A stretch of DNA of 64,000 bases from positions 104,594,001 through 104,658,000 of the forward strand of contig NC_087436.1 in assembly GCF_036321535.1 (NCBI RefSeq), given 5' to 3'. The DNA is from Camelus dromedarius. Lineage: Eukaryota. The notes below the pieces were generated by a model, which was not told the origin of the DNA, did not search any database, and saw only the letters and a list, made by a program, of their open reading frames with translations. Below, one piece after another: positions 11,361-24,799 of this stretch (within the stretch, counting starts at the first letter, position 1; each line of letters begins with the position of its first letter). The translations under genes were made by a program, and so were the position numbers.

Positions 11361-11904
11361 GGAACTATAGGTCAGTAGCTGAGCAGGATTTCTAAACTGA
11401 AGAAGGAGTTAAGCAGGAATGGAGACGTGTCAAGGAAGCAACAAATATATCCACCTCCTTTGTCCATAGACAGGGTGTTCCTTAGGTAATTGTTCATAAT
11501 TTGGGGTGGGTCACATTATTGTTATTCTCTTGACTTTATAAGTGCATGAGTGCCATCTGACAGTCTGATACTGGTGAGAAAATGCAGTCTACTCTTTTTC
11601 AATCTCCCCAGCTCTGTGTCCTGAAGAAGTGAGCAAGGATACAGCATGAAGTAGTCATTATGAAACTGGGGTATGAATTCAGAGCAATCTGGGTTCCAGT
11701 CCTGGATCTGCTCCTTTTGAGCAATGTGAGCTGAAATGTCCCTGATTGAAATATTGGGAGAAGAACTCTACATACAAGTTACAGGGTCACTGTGAGGACT
11801 CATTAAGGTAATATAGGGAAAGCACTTAGCATAGTTAATCCAACTTAGTAGGCATTCGTTTAATTCTGGAAAACTATTTTGGTTCAATTATATACCAGTT
11901 ATGG

Positions 11905-12250
11905 GAGCTCATACAAATTTACCAGTTGGGAGAGGCTAGATCCTGCTGCTGTAACAACCATATGAAAACACTAGTGGTTAAACACACAGCAGAGAAAGAG
12001 GGCTTGCTTATATGACATGGCCATTCTGCACTGGCTAAAGCTTGGCTTCCCCACGCCTCTCTGGGACCCAGAGCCACCTCTCTCTGGAACATTGCCAGCC
12101 AGTGTGGCACATGGAAAACAGAGGAGCCCAACATGAGCTGGAAGACATGTGTCACCTTTGTGTACTTGTCATAGGCCAATACCAATCATCCAGCCACTCC
12201 TGAGTTCAACAGTGCAAAGGTGGAAAATCCTCCTGTAGGGACGGAAATGG
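11905..12250. mobile_element. Old MLT1 (J/N-like) LTR
   Basis: CTGCTGTAACAACC...CTAGTGGTTAAACAC...ATAGGCCAATACCAATCATCCAGCCACTCCTGAGTTCAAC. Confidence 0.6.
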
Positions 12251-15200
12251 AAGGGAAGCAAATTGTAATATTTTATCACATAATCATATAATTATTCACC
12301 AGCTAGTCATCCTGAGTCCCAGCTTTCTGTAGAGCATCTGTACATAGTAGGCCTTCTTGAATAAGAATATTATCATTAATCTTTCAAGTGTTTATGGGGC
12401 CCCCTTTCCCTTTGTTTGGCCAAAAGAGGTGTCAGACCCCAAAAGTCCAAGTGTGTCTTAGGTCATTTTGCTCAACATCTGGAGAGACTCAGCTCTACCA
12501 CATATTTGTTCCTAAATCACTGAATTGCTCACTGAATTGGCTGCTGAGCCACTTTTTCCAGACAGGAGAAGAGGAAAAACTTACTTGCAAAGAGAAAGAG
12601 AAGGTTCCTCTTGGCCAGGCTGAGGCCTCTTTTGGAGATTGGCCATCATAAACAGAGGAAATTTATAACAAGGAGGATACCCCAAACAGAGAATAAAATG
12701 GAATTCCAGGGAGTTGGCGGGGAGGCACGGAATGAGGGGCTGCTGTACCATCAGAAGGCTGGCTGTCATCCGCCCGCCGTGTGAGCTCAGACAAGTTCCT
12801 CACTGCCCCGTGCTTCGGTTTCTTCATCTGTAAAAGGGGGTGGTTGTGGTGGGGGTCCTGACTATCTCTTATTGAGCTGGGAAGAGAGTAAGAGGAAATA
12901 ATATATATGATGAGTTTTACAAACCATAAAGACTATTCCACTGGGGTTTAACAAAAGTTAAATTTAACCGAAACTATGATGGTATGTGAAGTATACCTGA
13001 TTCTAACAATAATTTGGTAATAAATACGGAAGTGGTTGTTGAGTCCAAAAGCACTAAGCAAATTCCCAGTTCTTCAAGCTCTTCAAAGGGTTGCAAAGAA
13101 GAGAAAGTTATATTATTTAGGTGTTCAATTTGCTGGCAACCATCTCACGCTATAATTCAACATTAGTCACAGTTGAACAACTTTTTTCTCTAGACAATTA
13201 GATGAAGCTTGCAAACACAAAGACACAGCATGGCCTCCCAGAACAAAACAAGACGCACCGAGTCTTAGGGCAAGATTGAGAGATCAAAGGCCAGGTGGGC
13301 TGCTTGCATGGCTGCTTGGGTACCATTTGGTATTGTTTCTGTATTTCACTCAGTCAGTGTTGCTCAACCTCCACTTCTCCAACATCAAAAAGTATTTTTA
13401 GTCCCTTTCATTACAGGAAGCCCCTGACATTGTTCTCAGAGTTGGTCAGATGGGGGAACACGAGTTCTCCATTGTCAGTCTGCCTGTAAGTAAGGACCAG
13501 CACGCGTATCTACGTGTTGGAGGGAACATTCACTCCCATCCGAAGCAGCATTTCACATGTGACCATTGGAGGGGACTAGAGAAAATGTCCCCTGTAGTCC
13601 CCTAGAGGCAACGTGGCTTAGCGCTTCACCAGGTAGGTGGCTTCCTAGGAAATTTTCTCTCACCTGTTAAGCCTGGGGCAGGGGCCCTCTTCCTCCGTGT
13701 TCCTGTATCCACCACTGTCCTTGTACCATTATTTGTATCACAAATACTCAGTCAGGCAGTGCTTGTTCTGCCTGGCACTGTTCTAAGCGCTGTAAGTGTG
13801 TTAACTCATGAGACTGTCACAGCCACCCTAAGAGGTGGGGACTTTTTAGAATCCACTTTTTCAGATGGGGAAACTGAGACATAGAAAGGTTATGTAGCTT
13901 CCCTCAGGCTGTACATCTCGGGCTGTTAGGAGGATTCAATAAGGTGATGTCTGTGAAGGGCTTCACCCGGTGCCTGGCACATAGGAGGTAAATATGCAGA
14001 GTCTAGGACCGAGCCAGACTTCAAGGGGCTGACCACATTTGTACTAGCTGGGGGCCAGAGGTCTGCTTTCCTGACTCCAGTCTCAGCCGGTGAGAAAAAA
14101 GTCCCCAGGAAGCTCCCTACTTAGCCTCTTTCTTGCAGTGGGATCTTGGCCAGGTTACTTAGTTCCTCTAGAAATTGTGGTCCTTATCTATAGGATGCGT
14201 CTGATGACTGGGCAGACCTTCCCGGGTCGAAATGTTGCTGGTGTGGACACACGAGAGAGGGGGCAGCTGTAGGGAATATGGCTAGAGAGTTTGCCGTCAA
14301 CATCTAACGTTTAGGAAGAGCCTCTGGGGTGGGGGTTTGCTTGTGCCGAGGAAGACCGTTCTCCACTAAATTCAGAACTCTATCTGATAAGAAAAGGGGC
14401 TCATTTTTGAGACATGCGAATCCCTAGAACCTCCGAACCAGACACAGTGATAACATCAGAGCATGGTTTAAGGGCACAGAGACTGCGGTTAGTGTGGGAG
14501 AGTTCTTAAATGTGAACCGCAGCGGCACTTGAGGGGGCAGGAAACATAAATTCCGTCTCTTGGGGTCTGGGGGCAGAGCGGATGCTGAAAGAGGTTGGTG
14601 AGGTGGGCAGATCTAGCAGGAAAGTGGGGGGAGAGGTCGATGAGGGAGGGCCAGCCACCAGAGTGGCAGTGGTGTGGATTCCCCAGTCACCCATGTGTTG
14701 AGTGTGACACTGGTTCTTACTGGTACCCATGATAATTGGTACTACTGAGTCCACCCAGCCCTTCCGCCTTCATCTCGAACTTGACCAGAGCCAGGACAGA
14801 TTAATCTCCTCACTCCTAGTCTGGTGGATGACTGGAGGGAGGCCTAGAGATATTAAGTGGCACCTCCACCTTCTTACTGAAGGTGGCTGAAGTTGGGGAG
14901 AATTTGAACTTCAGACTCTGAGTCTCATACAGGCTCCTTCTCAGCCCTCCAGAGATTCACGTGATGTAAACTTTTCCATTTCCTTTCTGACTTTGGAAAA
15001 ACTGCTGCTCACTTCCTTCTTAAACCTGACTCTACAGATATCAGCCCATCCTGAAGCACTTCCTTGTGGGGCTCAGTGAGGGGAATGTGTCCCCCACGCC
15101 CCACATTTCCTTGGGGGCGGGGACTCTCGGCCCCCTCCCAGGAGAGAAGCACGTGGGAGAAACATGTCTGTCACTCCCCACTCTTCCTTCTTCACCCCCT

Positions 15201-15626
15201 AGAAAGAGAAGTGACTTCCTCTGGAGGGTGAGATAGGGGAAGGCTCTTCTAAGGCTCTCCCGCAGAGCAGCCTGCTCTCTGGAAGCAGGCATCCTCGGCG
15301 TCCGGGTGGAAGCAGACCTGTGGGTTAGGGCTCTGGCCCATCTTCTGGGAGAGGGTCTGTGCCAAGGTCTTCAGTCAGGGGAAAATATTCAGAAGCCCAA
15401 CCATGTCTTAGACAGAAGCCTCCACCTTCTCCAGCCTCACTGCCAGAAACAAAGCAGCTTCTTCCCCATTTCTGACCAAGCCCTCTGTCCATTTCTCATT
15501 TGGATCTGAACCCAGAGAGGGAGTGGCTTGTGGTTAATCATTACCATTATGGGCCGCAATAGCTAGTGCCTTAGTTTTCATGTTGGGTGGCATTCGTCTC
15601 CTCTTTGGATACGATTGGGTGTGTGG

Positions 15627-15628
<2 letters not shown>

Positions 15629-15684
<56 letters not shown>
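15629..15684. repeat. (GT)28 perfect microsatellite
   Basis: Uninterrupted GT dinucleotide run. Confidence 0.97.
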
Positions 15685-15686
<2 letters not shown>

Positions 15687-15779
15687 TTCTTAAGGAATAT
15701 GCAATTCTGTTGAATTCCTTTGTCCTGCCCACAATAATTTACTAATTGATTAAGTCAGCAGGCATCCATTGGGTACTTG

Positions 15780-16640
15780 GATTGAGCCTGGTTCTGTTCA
15801 AGGAGTCAGGGATACAAGACGAGAAGACACATTTGCTTCTCTGGAGGACCTATTGATCTGGTGGGGAAGCAAACCTGCAAATAAGCAAATATAAAACAGA
15901 AATGGTTGTTGCAGTGGAGACACACTCCATGGCCTTCATGGAAGAAGGCGGCTTGAGCTGGGAGGTGAAAGATGAGGAGCTGGTTAGGTAACCAGGAGAA
16001 GGGAGGGCACCCTTTCAGACAGAGAGGCAGATGCTAACTCAGGGGAGCACAAGGAAGAATGGGGTGCCCAGGAGCCACAAGCAACTCCCCGTGGCTGGAG
16101 TTGGAGTGCTGGGGGCGGGGTAGGGGAGTGGCAGGAAGCTGGAGAGAAAGGATGAGGCCAGTTTACCGAGTCATATTTGTGCTTTGCTAAGATTCTTGAA
16201 CTTTAACCTGTGGAGCAGTGTTTCTCAAACTGGATGATAAGCATCACTTGGTTGACTCTTGATCAAATTCTGGATGCCCCAGACTCACTCCAGAACTGTT
16301 GGGAGGGGTGTGGGGTCTGACTAACAAACGCCCTGGTGATTCTTAGAATTAGGAACATTTTAGAAACACATTGAACTATGGGGTTTGTGGCTAAGGACTG
16401 ACGTAGAGAGAATTGCCTATTTCATGAAGTCAGTCTGCTGCGTGGAAGGTGCACTGGAGGCCAGATGGCAAAATCAGAGATCTAGGGACAGATGAGGACG
16501 CAGTTTGTCTATATGAGAGTCTGATGAGGGGAGGGGTGGGAGGAATGGGAGTTGAGGAGAAGGGTTTGAAGGTACTAATGTAGCAACGTCACAGATTTGT
16601 GTACCTTACACTCACGTTAGCAAAGAGAAGGAATCTTCTT
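15780..16640 (-). mobile_element. L2 LINE 3' fragment
   Basis: Purine-rich antisense L2 (GGAAGAAGGCGGCTTGAGCTGGGAGGTGAAAGATGAGGAG...GTTTGAAGGTA), interrupted by MER5. Confidence 0.7.
16216..16373. mobile_element. MER5-like DNA transposon fossil inside L2
   Basis: CAGTGTTTCTCAAACT...CCCTGGTGATTCT...AGAAACACATTG termini. Confidence 0.7.
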
Positions 16641-16719
16641 GATATTACGTATCTACTCTGGACTGGCTCGTGGCCGCCTCCCAGATTCATGCACTGAAGC
16701 TCTAACCCCAGTGTGATGC

Positions 16720-16913
16720 CAGTACTTGGTTCTTAAACTCTAGCGTGCTTCATAATCATCTGGGTGGTTTTTTAAAGACAAATTGCTGAGCTACACTCAC
16801 CCTCAGAGTTTCAAATTTAGTAAGCTCAGGGTGGGGCCTGAAATTTGCACGTCTAACAAAGTTTTCAGAGGATGTGGATGCTGCTGGTCTGGGCCGTGCT
16901 TTGGGAGCCACTG
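16720..16913. mobile_element. MER5A
   Basis: GGTTCTTAAACT...GGGTGGGGCCTGAAATTTGCACGTCTAACAAAG...GATGCTGCTGGTCTGGG...TTTGGGAGCCACTG. Confidence 0.85.
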
Positions 16914-17059
16914 TCCTATTGTATGGTATCCGCTGGTCAAGTCTCTCACTATCCCTCACCTGAAATGCTGCAACAGCCTTGTGATTCTCCTTCCATTTAC
17001 TGGATTTTATTATGTCTTCTGACTTCCTAGTAATTTTAAAAGCATACTTCTTATATATG

Positions 17060-17537
17060 AGAAAATGCCAGCCTTGGAAGTTTTACTCCCTGAATTAAGA
17101 GTCTAGAAAACTCAAATTCCCAGCTTCCTTTGCAACTAGGATGCAACCTGGTGACCAAGCTCTGACACTCAGCATGCTTTGGAAACTTTGATTTCACAGG
17201 GAGCAGCTTGGAAAAGGAATGTCTGTGCAGATTTTTTTTTTTTTTTGAAACAGCGAAAGCTTTGGGGGTGGCAAGGATGCCAAAGTCAAGTTCAACACAC
17301 AGAAGTACCCCCAGTGGAACATCAGCAGTGGGGCTTCCCCACTTGTGGTTTTAGGAATTGTCCCTGGACCCTTGACCCTAAGTCTTGTTTTCCAGGTCCT
17401 CCAAAAATATCTCTGTGTTGCCCAATATTCTTTTAAAATAAAGCCCTTTAAATAAATTAATTAAATTAAATTTCTTTCTGCTACACCAGCCAGAGTCAGC
17501 TTTGTTCATTTGCAGCTCAGAATTCTGAGTGATACAC
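17060..17537 (+). mobile_element. ERVL-type LTR (LTR16/LTR33/MLT1I-like)
   Basis: TTCCCAGCTTCCTTTGCAACTAGG...AATAAA...CCAGCCAGAGTCAGCTTTGTTCATTTGCAGCTCAGAATTCTGAGTGATACA terminus. Confidence 0.65.
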
Positions 17538-17599
17538 CCTCTTGGACTCCATTCTCTGTTCAGTAGAGATCATTCTTTGATCTGACTCAGTTACTTTTA

Positions 17600-17990
17600 A
17601 GGACAGACACTTTTTCATCTTAGTTTACAAAGACCTCTGGGGCCAGGCATCCTCCTAAGTCTCCCACCCCATCTGGTATCACTCTCCCTCCTGTCCAAAT
17701 GAACAGAGCCTCACCTGCCATCGTTTCTTGTCCACCTTAGGGCCTTTGCACATGCTGCGGCTTCTGCCCATTGGATGCTCCCTATGGTTCTTCATGTGAC
17801 TGACTCTTTGCTTATTACTCAGAGTTCAAATTGCTTGATGTAAATGACATCTCAGCAAAGAACTCTTTCCTAATTACACACTCTAACATGGACAACAGTC
17901 AACACATCACAGTCCTTTTGTCTTCTGCAGAGCACTAATCATGATTTGACATTTTGTTATTTGCTAATTTGTGTCTGTGTGTCCCCCATG
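17600..17990 (+). mobile_element. L2 3' fragment
   Basis: CCTTAGGGCCTTTGCACATGCTGCGGCTTCTGCC...TGACATCTCAGCAAAG. Confidence 0.65.
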
Positions 17991-18028
17991 CCCTCTAAAG
18001 AAGATAAACTCCGTGAGAGCAGGAGTCA

Positions 18029-18480
18029 TGTTTGCAAATATTTTCTCCCAGTCTGTTGCTTGTCTTTTCATTTTCTTAATGCTGTCTTGCAAAGCACGAA
18101 AGTTTTTGAGTTGCATGAGGTCCGACTTATCAATTTGTTCTTTTGTGGCTCATACTCGTGACATATTGGTGAGATCTTTGCCTAACTCACGGTCTTGAAG
18201 ATTTTCTCCTATGTTATCTTCTAAATGTGTTATTGTTTTAGCGCTTACATTCAAGTCTACTATCCAATTTGGGTTAAATTTAGTGTTTAACGTGGAGGGA
18301 AGAATCTTTCTGCCTCTGACTATCCAGTTGTCCCAGCAGCACTTGTTACAAAGGCTGTCCTTTCACTAGTGAATTGTGTTGGTACCTTCGTTGAAAATCA
18401 ATTGACCACAAATGTAAGAATAAATGTAAGAATTTATTTCTGGACTCAGTTCTGTTCCATTGATCTGTATGTCTGTTTAA
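18029..18480 (-). mobile_element. L1 ORF2 fragment (older L1M type)
   Basis: TTTGCAAATATTTTCTCCCAGTCTGT...TATCCAGTTGTCCCAGCAGCACTTGTT...GAAAATCAATTGACC...TCTGTTCCATTGATCTGTATGTCTG matches antisense L1 ORF2. Confidence 0.88.
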
Positions 18481-19542
18481 TGATTTGTGTTTGCATCATC
18501 TGTCTCTTTAATCTTTCTGGAATTTATTTTGATTCATGGTATGAATTTAAGGCTGAAATAGCATTTTTCCTCCTCAAGATGTCTGATGAATATCCTGCCA
18601 TTGTTTACTGAGTAATCCTTTCCTTCTCCATTGATCTGTTATGTTTATTAAATGGTTAAAAGAGGTTTTTATAGAAACATCCTGCATGTTACTGTGACTC
18701 ATCCCATTTTTCCCCATCCAGCATTTGAGAAGCCCCTAATCCTGTATTCTGTTTAACCAAATGACAACAATTGTCCCTGCCTCAAAAGAGCTCATGATGG
18801 CAAATAGGAAGAGGACGTTGACATGTTAGAATAATAAATACAGAACAGATATTTGCACTGGACCTCAAAAAGGGCTAGTGCCTTTGTGGAAGAGTAACTG
18901 AAGGGAAGGGATTCTCAGGGGAGTTTCATATTGACTTTGGGTGGGGCTGTGGACACTTGGTCTTAAAGTCACCTTACCCCTGCTTACATCGTTCCTACCT
19001 ATTTGTCTGACACTATTTTTAAAAAAGTATTACCATTTATTGGTGACAAACACTAAGTTTAACTTACATTTCACCGGGAGAAAAAATTCCAGTGTAAACT
19101 GAGTCAAAGCAGTACTTAACTCATAAAGCTATGGTGTTTTTCTTCTGGACGCACATATGCACATGTTTCTGTGCACAGCAGCACAACATCAAAGCAACAG
19201 AGTTACAGAGATAAGCGTGGTGTCTGACACTATTAATTTTCTGGTAGAGGTCGTGAAATTTTTAAACACTTAAATGACTATGAAATTCTGCAGGAAGGCT
19301 CCATCCACTCCAGTAGAGTTTAAAAGTTCAGCAATTTTCTCAATGAAGACACCCCAAGACATACTTGTAAAATTTCCAGAAGACCTAAGGCAGAGAGGAA
19401 TGGCTCGTATGACAGGTCATCCAACTAAGGTTCAGTTGGACTTGACAGGTTGGGGAGCACCATTGAAAACAAGAATGAAGATGAAATGAAATTCAGAAAA
19501 ATGTAAACTACTGTGTTTTGTCTCAAAAAAAAAAAAAAAATC

Positions 19543-19935
19543 TTCCTGAAGAATGTCATTCTAAGTGAAGTAAGCCAGAAAGAGAAAGAAAAATACCATA
19601 TGAGATCGCTTATATGTGGAATCAAAACAAAAACAAAAACAAACAAACAAAACATAAATACAAAACAGAAAAAGACTCATAGACATAGAATACAAACTTG
19701 TGCTTGCCAAGGAGGCGGAGAGTGGGAAGGGATAGACGGGATTTCAAAATTGTAGAATAGATAGACAAGATTATACTGTATAGCACAGGGAAATATACAC
19801 AAGATTTTATGGTAGCTCACAGAGAAAAAAATGTGACAATGAATATACATATGTTCATGTATAACTGAAAAATTGTGCTCTACACTGGAATTTGACACAA
19901 CATTGTAAAATGATTATAAATCAATAAAAAATGTT
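19543..19935 (+). mobile_element. Young camelid-type L1 3' end, 5'-truncated
   Basis: GAATGTCATTCTAAGTGAAGTAAGCCAGAAAGAGAAAGAAAAATACCATATGAG...ATAAATCAATAAAAAATGTT. TSD AAAAAAATC ending at 19542 and at 19936-19944. Confidence 0.92.
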
Positions 19936-20944
19936 AAAAAAATCAATGCCAGGGTAAGGGAAGCTTAGTAAAAAATAATGAAATTTTAGCTGCCTGAAAA
20001 CTCAGTGTGGTTGTATTGATTTAGACCTGTTCTGTTTGCAAGGAGCAGTGACAAGCACTAGACTAAAGACACATAAAAAAGAGTTAAGAAATCACAGGAA
20101 GGAACACAAGGGACCGATTTCACCTGCTCCGTAGCCAGGCTGGTCTCCCAGACTACACAATGGAACCGCGTCTTATCTGGGGCTGGGTCAAGGGCACCAC
20201 CACCACCACCACTGCTGCCAGCAGTATATAACAAAATGTATTTTAAAATATTGAAAATTTATCCAAATTTCCTAAGTCATCAGAAATCGGGCTCCTGGTA
20301 CCTCAGCCGAAGAATTAACTTATTCTATTTCTTTGTGCATTTCCTTTCTGGGATTTCGAGGATAATGTCTGCTTTAGACTGTAGGGGGTTTAGAAATAAA
20401 TGAAAGAATTTCTTTTCTTTCCCTATTCCTCTCTTTCCCTCTATAAAGAAAGCAGAACAAACAAATCACTGGCAATTCTGTTAAAGTCTTGAGTCGCATT
20501 TTGCAACTTGTTTATACCTACTATGGAAGTGAATTTACTAAAAATTCAAGCTACATGAGAACTTGACAGAGAACTTACATACTAAAAAATATTTTTTGTG
20601 TTATACATACTGTCTTATAACCTTTTGAAATTTAATGCACAATGAAGCATTTATCTGTTCATTAAATATTTTTCTGCAATAGCGGTTTTTGAATCTTTTT
20701 TGCAGTGAACTTGTAAGAAAATTCTGAAATCTTAATGGCTATCTCTTGCTGTGTAACAAACCACCGTAAACTCACAAAAATCATAGTTGTTTATTCATTA
20801 GTGATTCTGCAGTGTCTTGAGGCTCCACAAGGAAGAACGCACCTCTACTTCATGTGATGTGAGGTGCAGGGGCTGTGGGAGCCATTTTCAAGGTGGCCCC
20901 ACAAGTGGGGGGCACACGTCACCGAGGGCCCTGAAAGTCATCCC

Positions 20945-21190
20945 CTGGGAAAACTTTGGCTTTTGCCTTTTGTGAGATGGGAAGCCATGGGAGGGTTTTG
21001 AGCACAAGAATGACGTGATATAACTTAGTGTTCACAGGTTATCTTGGCTGCTGTGTTGAGAATAAACTGAAAAAGGGACGGGCTGTCAAAGGGAACCAGT
21101 TAGGGAGTAACTGACATAACTCAGGTGAGAGATAATGGTGCTTTGGACAAGTGAGGCAGCGAGGGGAGCTGATAAGGTGTGATTGGATTT
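20945..21190 (-). mobile_element. L2 fragment
   Basis: GAGATGGGAAGCCATGGGAGGGTTTTGAGCACAAGAATGACGTGAT...CAGGTGAGAGATAATGGTG. Confidence 0.8.
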
Positions 21191-22789
21191 GGACTAATAT
21201 TCATCTATGCTTTCTCCTTATTTTATGGCATTATTGTGCTCTATAAAGTTAATCTGGGTGTATACTTCAGAGGGAGTCAGCAACTAGACAAATATTTCTT
21301 GCACATCTATTCTTTCTTTCGTGCTTTCACAGTGCAGGAAACCCATTGGTTACTCAGGACAAGTCTGTACTTTTGACTTGAACAAATAACTTAGCTCAGG
21401 TTAAGATCTGAGCACCTGATCCTCTGATGGGGATGGGACACAAATGAATACTTGGCAATTTAGACTATTTCACAGTAAAGCCAGCTCTTCCCCTGCCAGG
21501 AACCTCCCACTCCCGCCCTGGGCAGAAACTGTATCTTATTGATCCTTCTGAGCCACCATCTTCCCCTGACAGCTGCCCTGCGCTGGCTCCACGGAGGTGG
21601 GCTGAGCTGAATTGCATCCCAGCAGCCTCCATGCAGATCGGAGTGATGTGGAGTGAGTTTCCTAAGATTAGGTCCAATTCTTGGAGGCCTCTGAGTGCTG
21701 GCATCTTCTCCTGGGGTACGTTTGGCTTTTTTCTTTGCTTTCTTTCCCCCTTCGGGGAGCCCCAGTGTTCTGCAGCTGTTACATCAGCCGGCTGCCCCGG
21801 CTGCCAGATGAGCAGAACAAAAGAGGCAACTTGGTGACTATTCACATCTGTACTTCTCGTAAGCAAACAGAACAGATGCCCTTAGCAACGGGGCTCTCCA
21901 GCTCAGGGCAGGGGAAATAGACCCTGAAGAGGGAAGTTTCTCTTCCAAGAGCTGACAGAGCCACTTAGCGATGGCAAGGAACATCATGAAACAGAACATT
22001 AAACTTTCATGAACTACAAGGCTTTGGAGGTCTAAGCCGCGAGTCAACAGAGAGGTTCAAATCTATATAAACACTCTGCATGCAAATTCCGGCACAGCTC
22101 TGGGCCTTATTTGGATCATGTGTTTCACTGCCTCCCTCAGGAGAGAGGGCTGTGAAGGCAAAAAGAGATGCTGTGGTTTTCTTCTGAACTTGGGGGTAGG
22201 GAGCACTCCCTAGGAACTCCTTGGCATTGTTGGGTTCCCACCCCTGGGCCTGTGCTCCAGCCTGGCCTTCCTGGGTCCTGCACTCTTGACCCCACTCTCA
22301 GGAGGGAGTCACTCAGTCACAGAGGGCCGTCCCTGCGCCCTTCTCTCCTCTGGAGGCTGCTAGCCCAGAGCCCAGTGCTGAGTGAGCAGGAGCAGACATG
22401 TAGGAGCATCTGCTCACTAAGAACAACTTCCAGTGCAAATTCACGATTTACTGTGGGCCAGACGGGCCTTATTCTTTCATTTAATCTCACAACAGCCCTG
22501 TGAAGTACATAGGATTACTGGTCTTGTTTTATAGACGAGCAGGCTGAGGCCCAAAGAGGAAAAGTCAGTTGCCCTGGGTCGCAGAGGCAGCCAGCCAGGC
22601 AGCCAGAATTTGCTCAAGGCGGTCTTATTTCCAAGTGTGGATTCTTCTCTGTCAAGCTACAACTTGCCTTGACTCTCATTTTGGGGATGGAAAGAGGTGA
22701 GGAACTGCTTAGAGGGAGATGTTAAGGAAGAAGAAATTTTCCTTCCTTTATTATAATCCTCCTCTGCAATTCTCAAATATCGCAAACTC

Positions 22790-22812
22790 TTTTTTTTTTT
22801 TTTTTTTTTTTT
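22790..22812. repeat. Poly-T (23 nt)
   Basis: Direct observation. Confidence 0.95.
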
Positions 22813-22839
22813 CGGTGGAGGGGAGTATGTGGAGTTTGT

Positions 22840-23272
22840 CTATGTGGCCTTATTTCTGGCTCTAGGGGTGGCCCCTGACCCAGACCTTGCTAATCAAAAC
22901 ACTGGGGACTACTACATGACCAAGTCAGGCCAGTCAGAGGCAAAGAGATTGGATTGAGGGCTTTCATTTGAGCCTGTAGGGAGGCAGCTTGACTCTTTTC
23001 TCACTAATTGTGAGCCAGGGAGGGGGCAGCTCCTGCCGCTGTTGGCAGCCATTTTGTGACCATGAGTAGAGATCCCAGTCTGGGAATAGAGTTAGCACAC
23101 CAAGTAGAGCCAAGTCGACAGAGTGACACCAGAGCCTGACCTCACCCTTTGAGCATCTGAACTAAGCCATGCACTCTTCAGTAATGTGTGCTCATAAAAT
23201 CTCATTTTTGCTGATGTTGGTTTGGGGCAGGTTTACTGCTACTTGTAACCGAAAGAATCCTAAATGGATACA
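22840..23272 (+). mobile_element. Old MaLR/ERVL LTR (MLT1I-K-like)
   Basis: GGCAGCCATTTTGTGACCATGAG...CTACTTGTAACCGAAAGAATCCTAAATGGATACA terminus. Confidence 0.7.
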
Positions 23273-24799
23273 TGAAGCCCTCTGTAAATGTGTGATTGGT
23301 GCCATAGTCTGAGCTGTAACTGGGCAATTAAAAAGGCCCCCGTGTCTGAGCTGGGAGCTCAGAGGCTTGGGGAGAGCTGCAGGGCCTGGAGGAATGTGGA
23401 TTAGGGCCATGGGCACAGTGTCAGCAAATACTTGTGTGGCCTTTCCCAAGTACTGTTTTAAGTGCTTTCACTCATATTAGCCAATTCAAGTTATCATTAT
23501 CTCCACTTTTTAAAAAGATGGGAACTAAAGGCACAGAGAGGTTGGGGAACATATCCAAGATTACACAGCTCTTAAATTGGAAGTGTAGTGGTGCTCCTTG
23601 GCCCCTCTGCGTCTCTAGCTCGGAGCCTGGCACACTGTAAGTGCAAGTGTTGAATGATTAGAGAGGGGCGAGCATCAGGCTCCTGTTTTGCTCGCTGCTG
23701 CTTCCCCCTCCCAGCCTCCCCACTGGATCCCAGTCCCCTTAGCCCCAGTAGCCAAGGGGCTGACATGTGCTGAGTTCAGCTGTGTGCCAGGCACTGTCCT
23801 AAGCACTTAACACGCATTTACTTATCAAAACAATCTCATAAGGGAGGAATTATTATTACTCCCATTTTCAAGATGAGGAAACTGAATCTCTAAGAGATTC
23901 TTTGAGGAGCCCAGTTAGTATGTGTTGGAGCTGGGGACTGGCGGTTGGGGCTCTACCCCTCGTGGACACACCCCTTGGGTAGTGACCATCTCCCCAGCAC
24001 CCTGCTGCTGTGATGTGTTCCCTTCTCTTGGAACTTCAGGTGCTGGCAGTTGCCTGATTTGCCCCTGAGCTGGCCCAGCCTGTTGGATGTCCTGGCTTGT
24101 GGACTATTACTGTATTGTCCTCTAGGCCCACCCTCTCTCTCCCATCTTGGGTTCAGAGCAATTTCAGGTGGTCCTGGTTGTCTCCAGCTTCTTGCCTGGC
24201 ACTTCAAGGATCCACTAAGCCTCACGCTTTGTCTGAAATCCTGCTACCAGGAAGGGCTGTGTTGTGCACTTGGGTTCTTGTATTGACTCTCATCGGTCGG
24301 TGAGATTGGCCTTCAGGCCTTAACTCATCTTGTCCTTTGGGGCACAGAGGAAGAGGAGCAAGCAGAGGTGCTTACACGCTGCTCTCCTAGTGTCTGTGAG
24401 GTGGCCTGAGGTGTTCCAGATGGGTCACTAACATGAGGTGGCCTCTGCTCCTGGCCCTGGAACTCATTCTGAACATGATGGTTTATACCTCTGGAAAGAC
24501 TCAGGATTCCAGAGCAGTGATATTTCCTTGGCTGTGCTCGGTGGGGATCAGCACTCTCAGCCAACTCTTGATTATCTGTGGGAGAAGGGAGAGGATGGAC
24601 CACTGACATTTCCAAATAACTGAGAACTTACTCTGGCTGACAGCTCCAAGTATCCCTTGTTGGACCTCTTTCCAGGGCAGCTACCAAGAAGTCAAATCTA
24701 TGGATTTGGCTTTGAAATCCTTTCCTCTTTTCTTCCCTCCTTTTTTCCCTGTGAGAAAGAGGCCTCCAGCAATGGACAAGGAAGGAGAGGAGCAGCAAG

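Noticed and set aside
14650-14672. CTCF-like motif CCACCAGAGTGGCAG (also partial matches near 6826, 16460, 46275, 51720)
   Set aside because: An extra base or core mismatches against CCASYAGRKGGCRS; not supportable without a PWM score.
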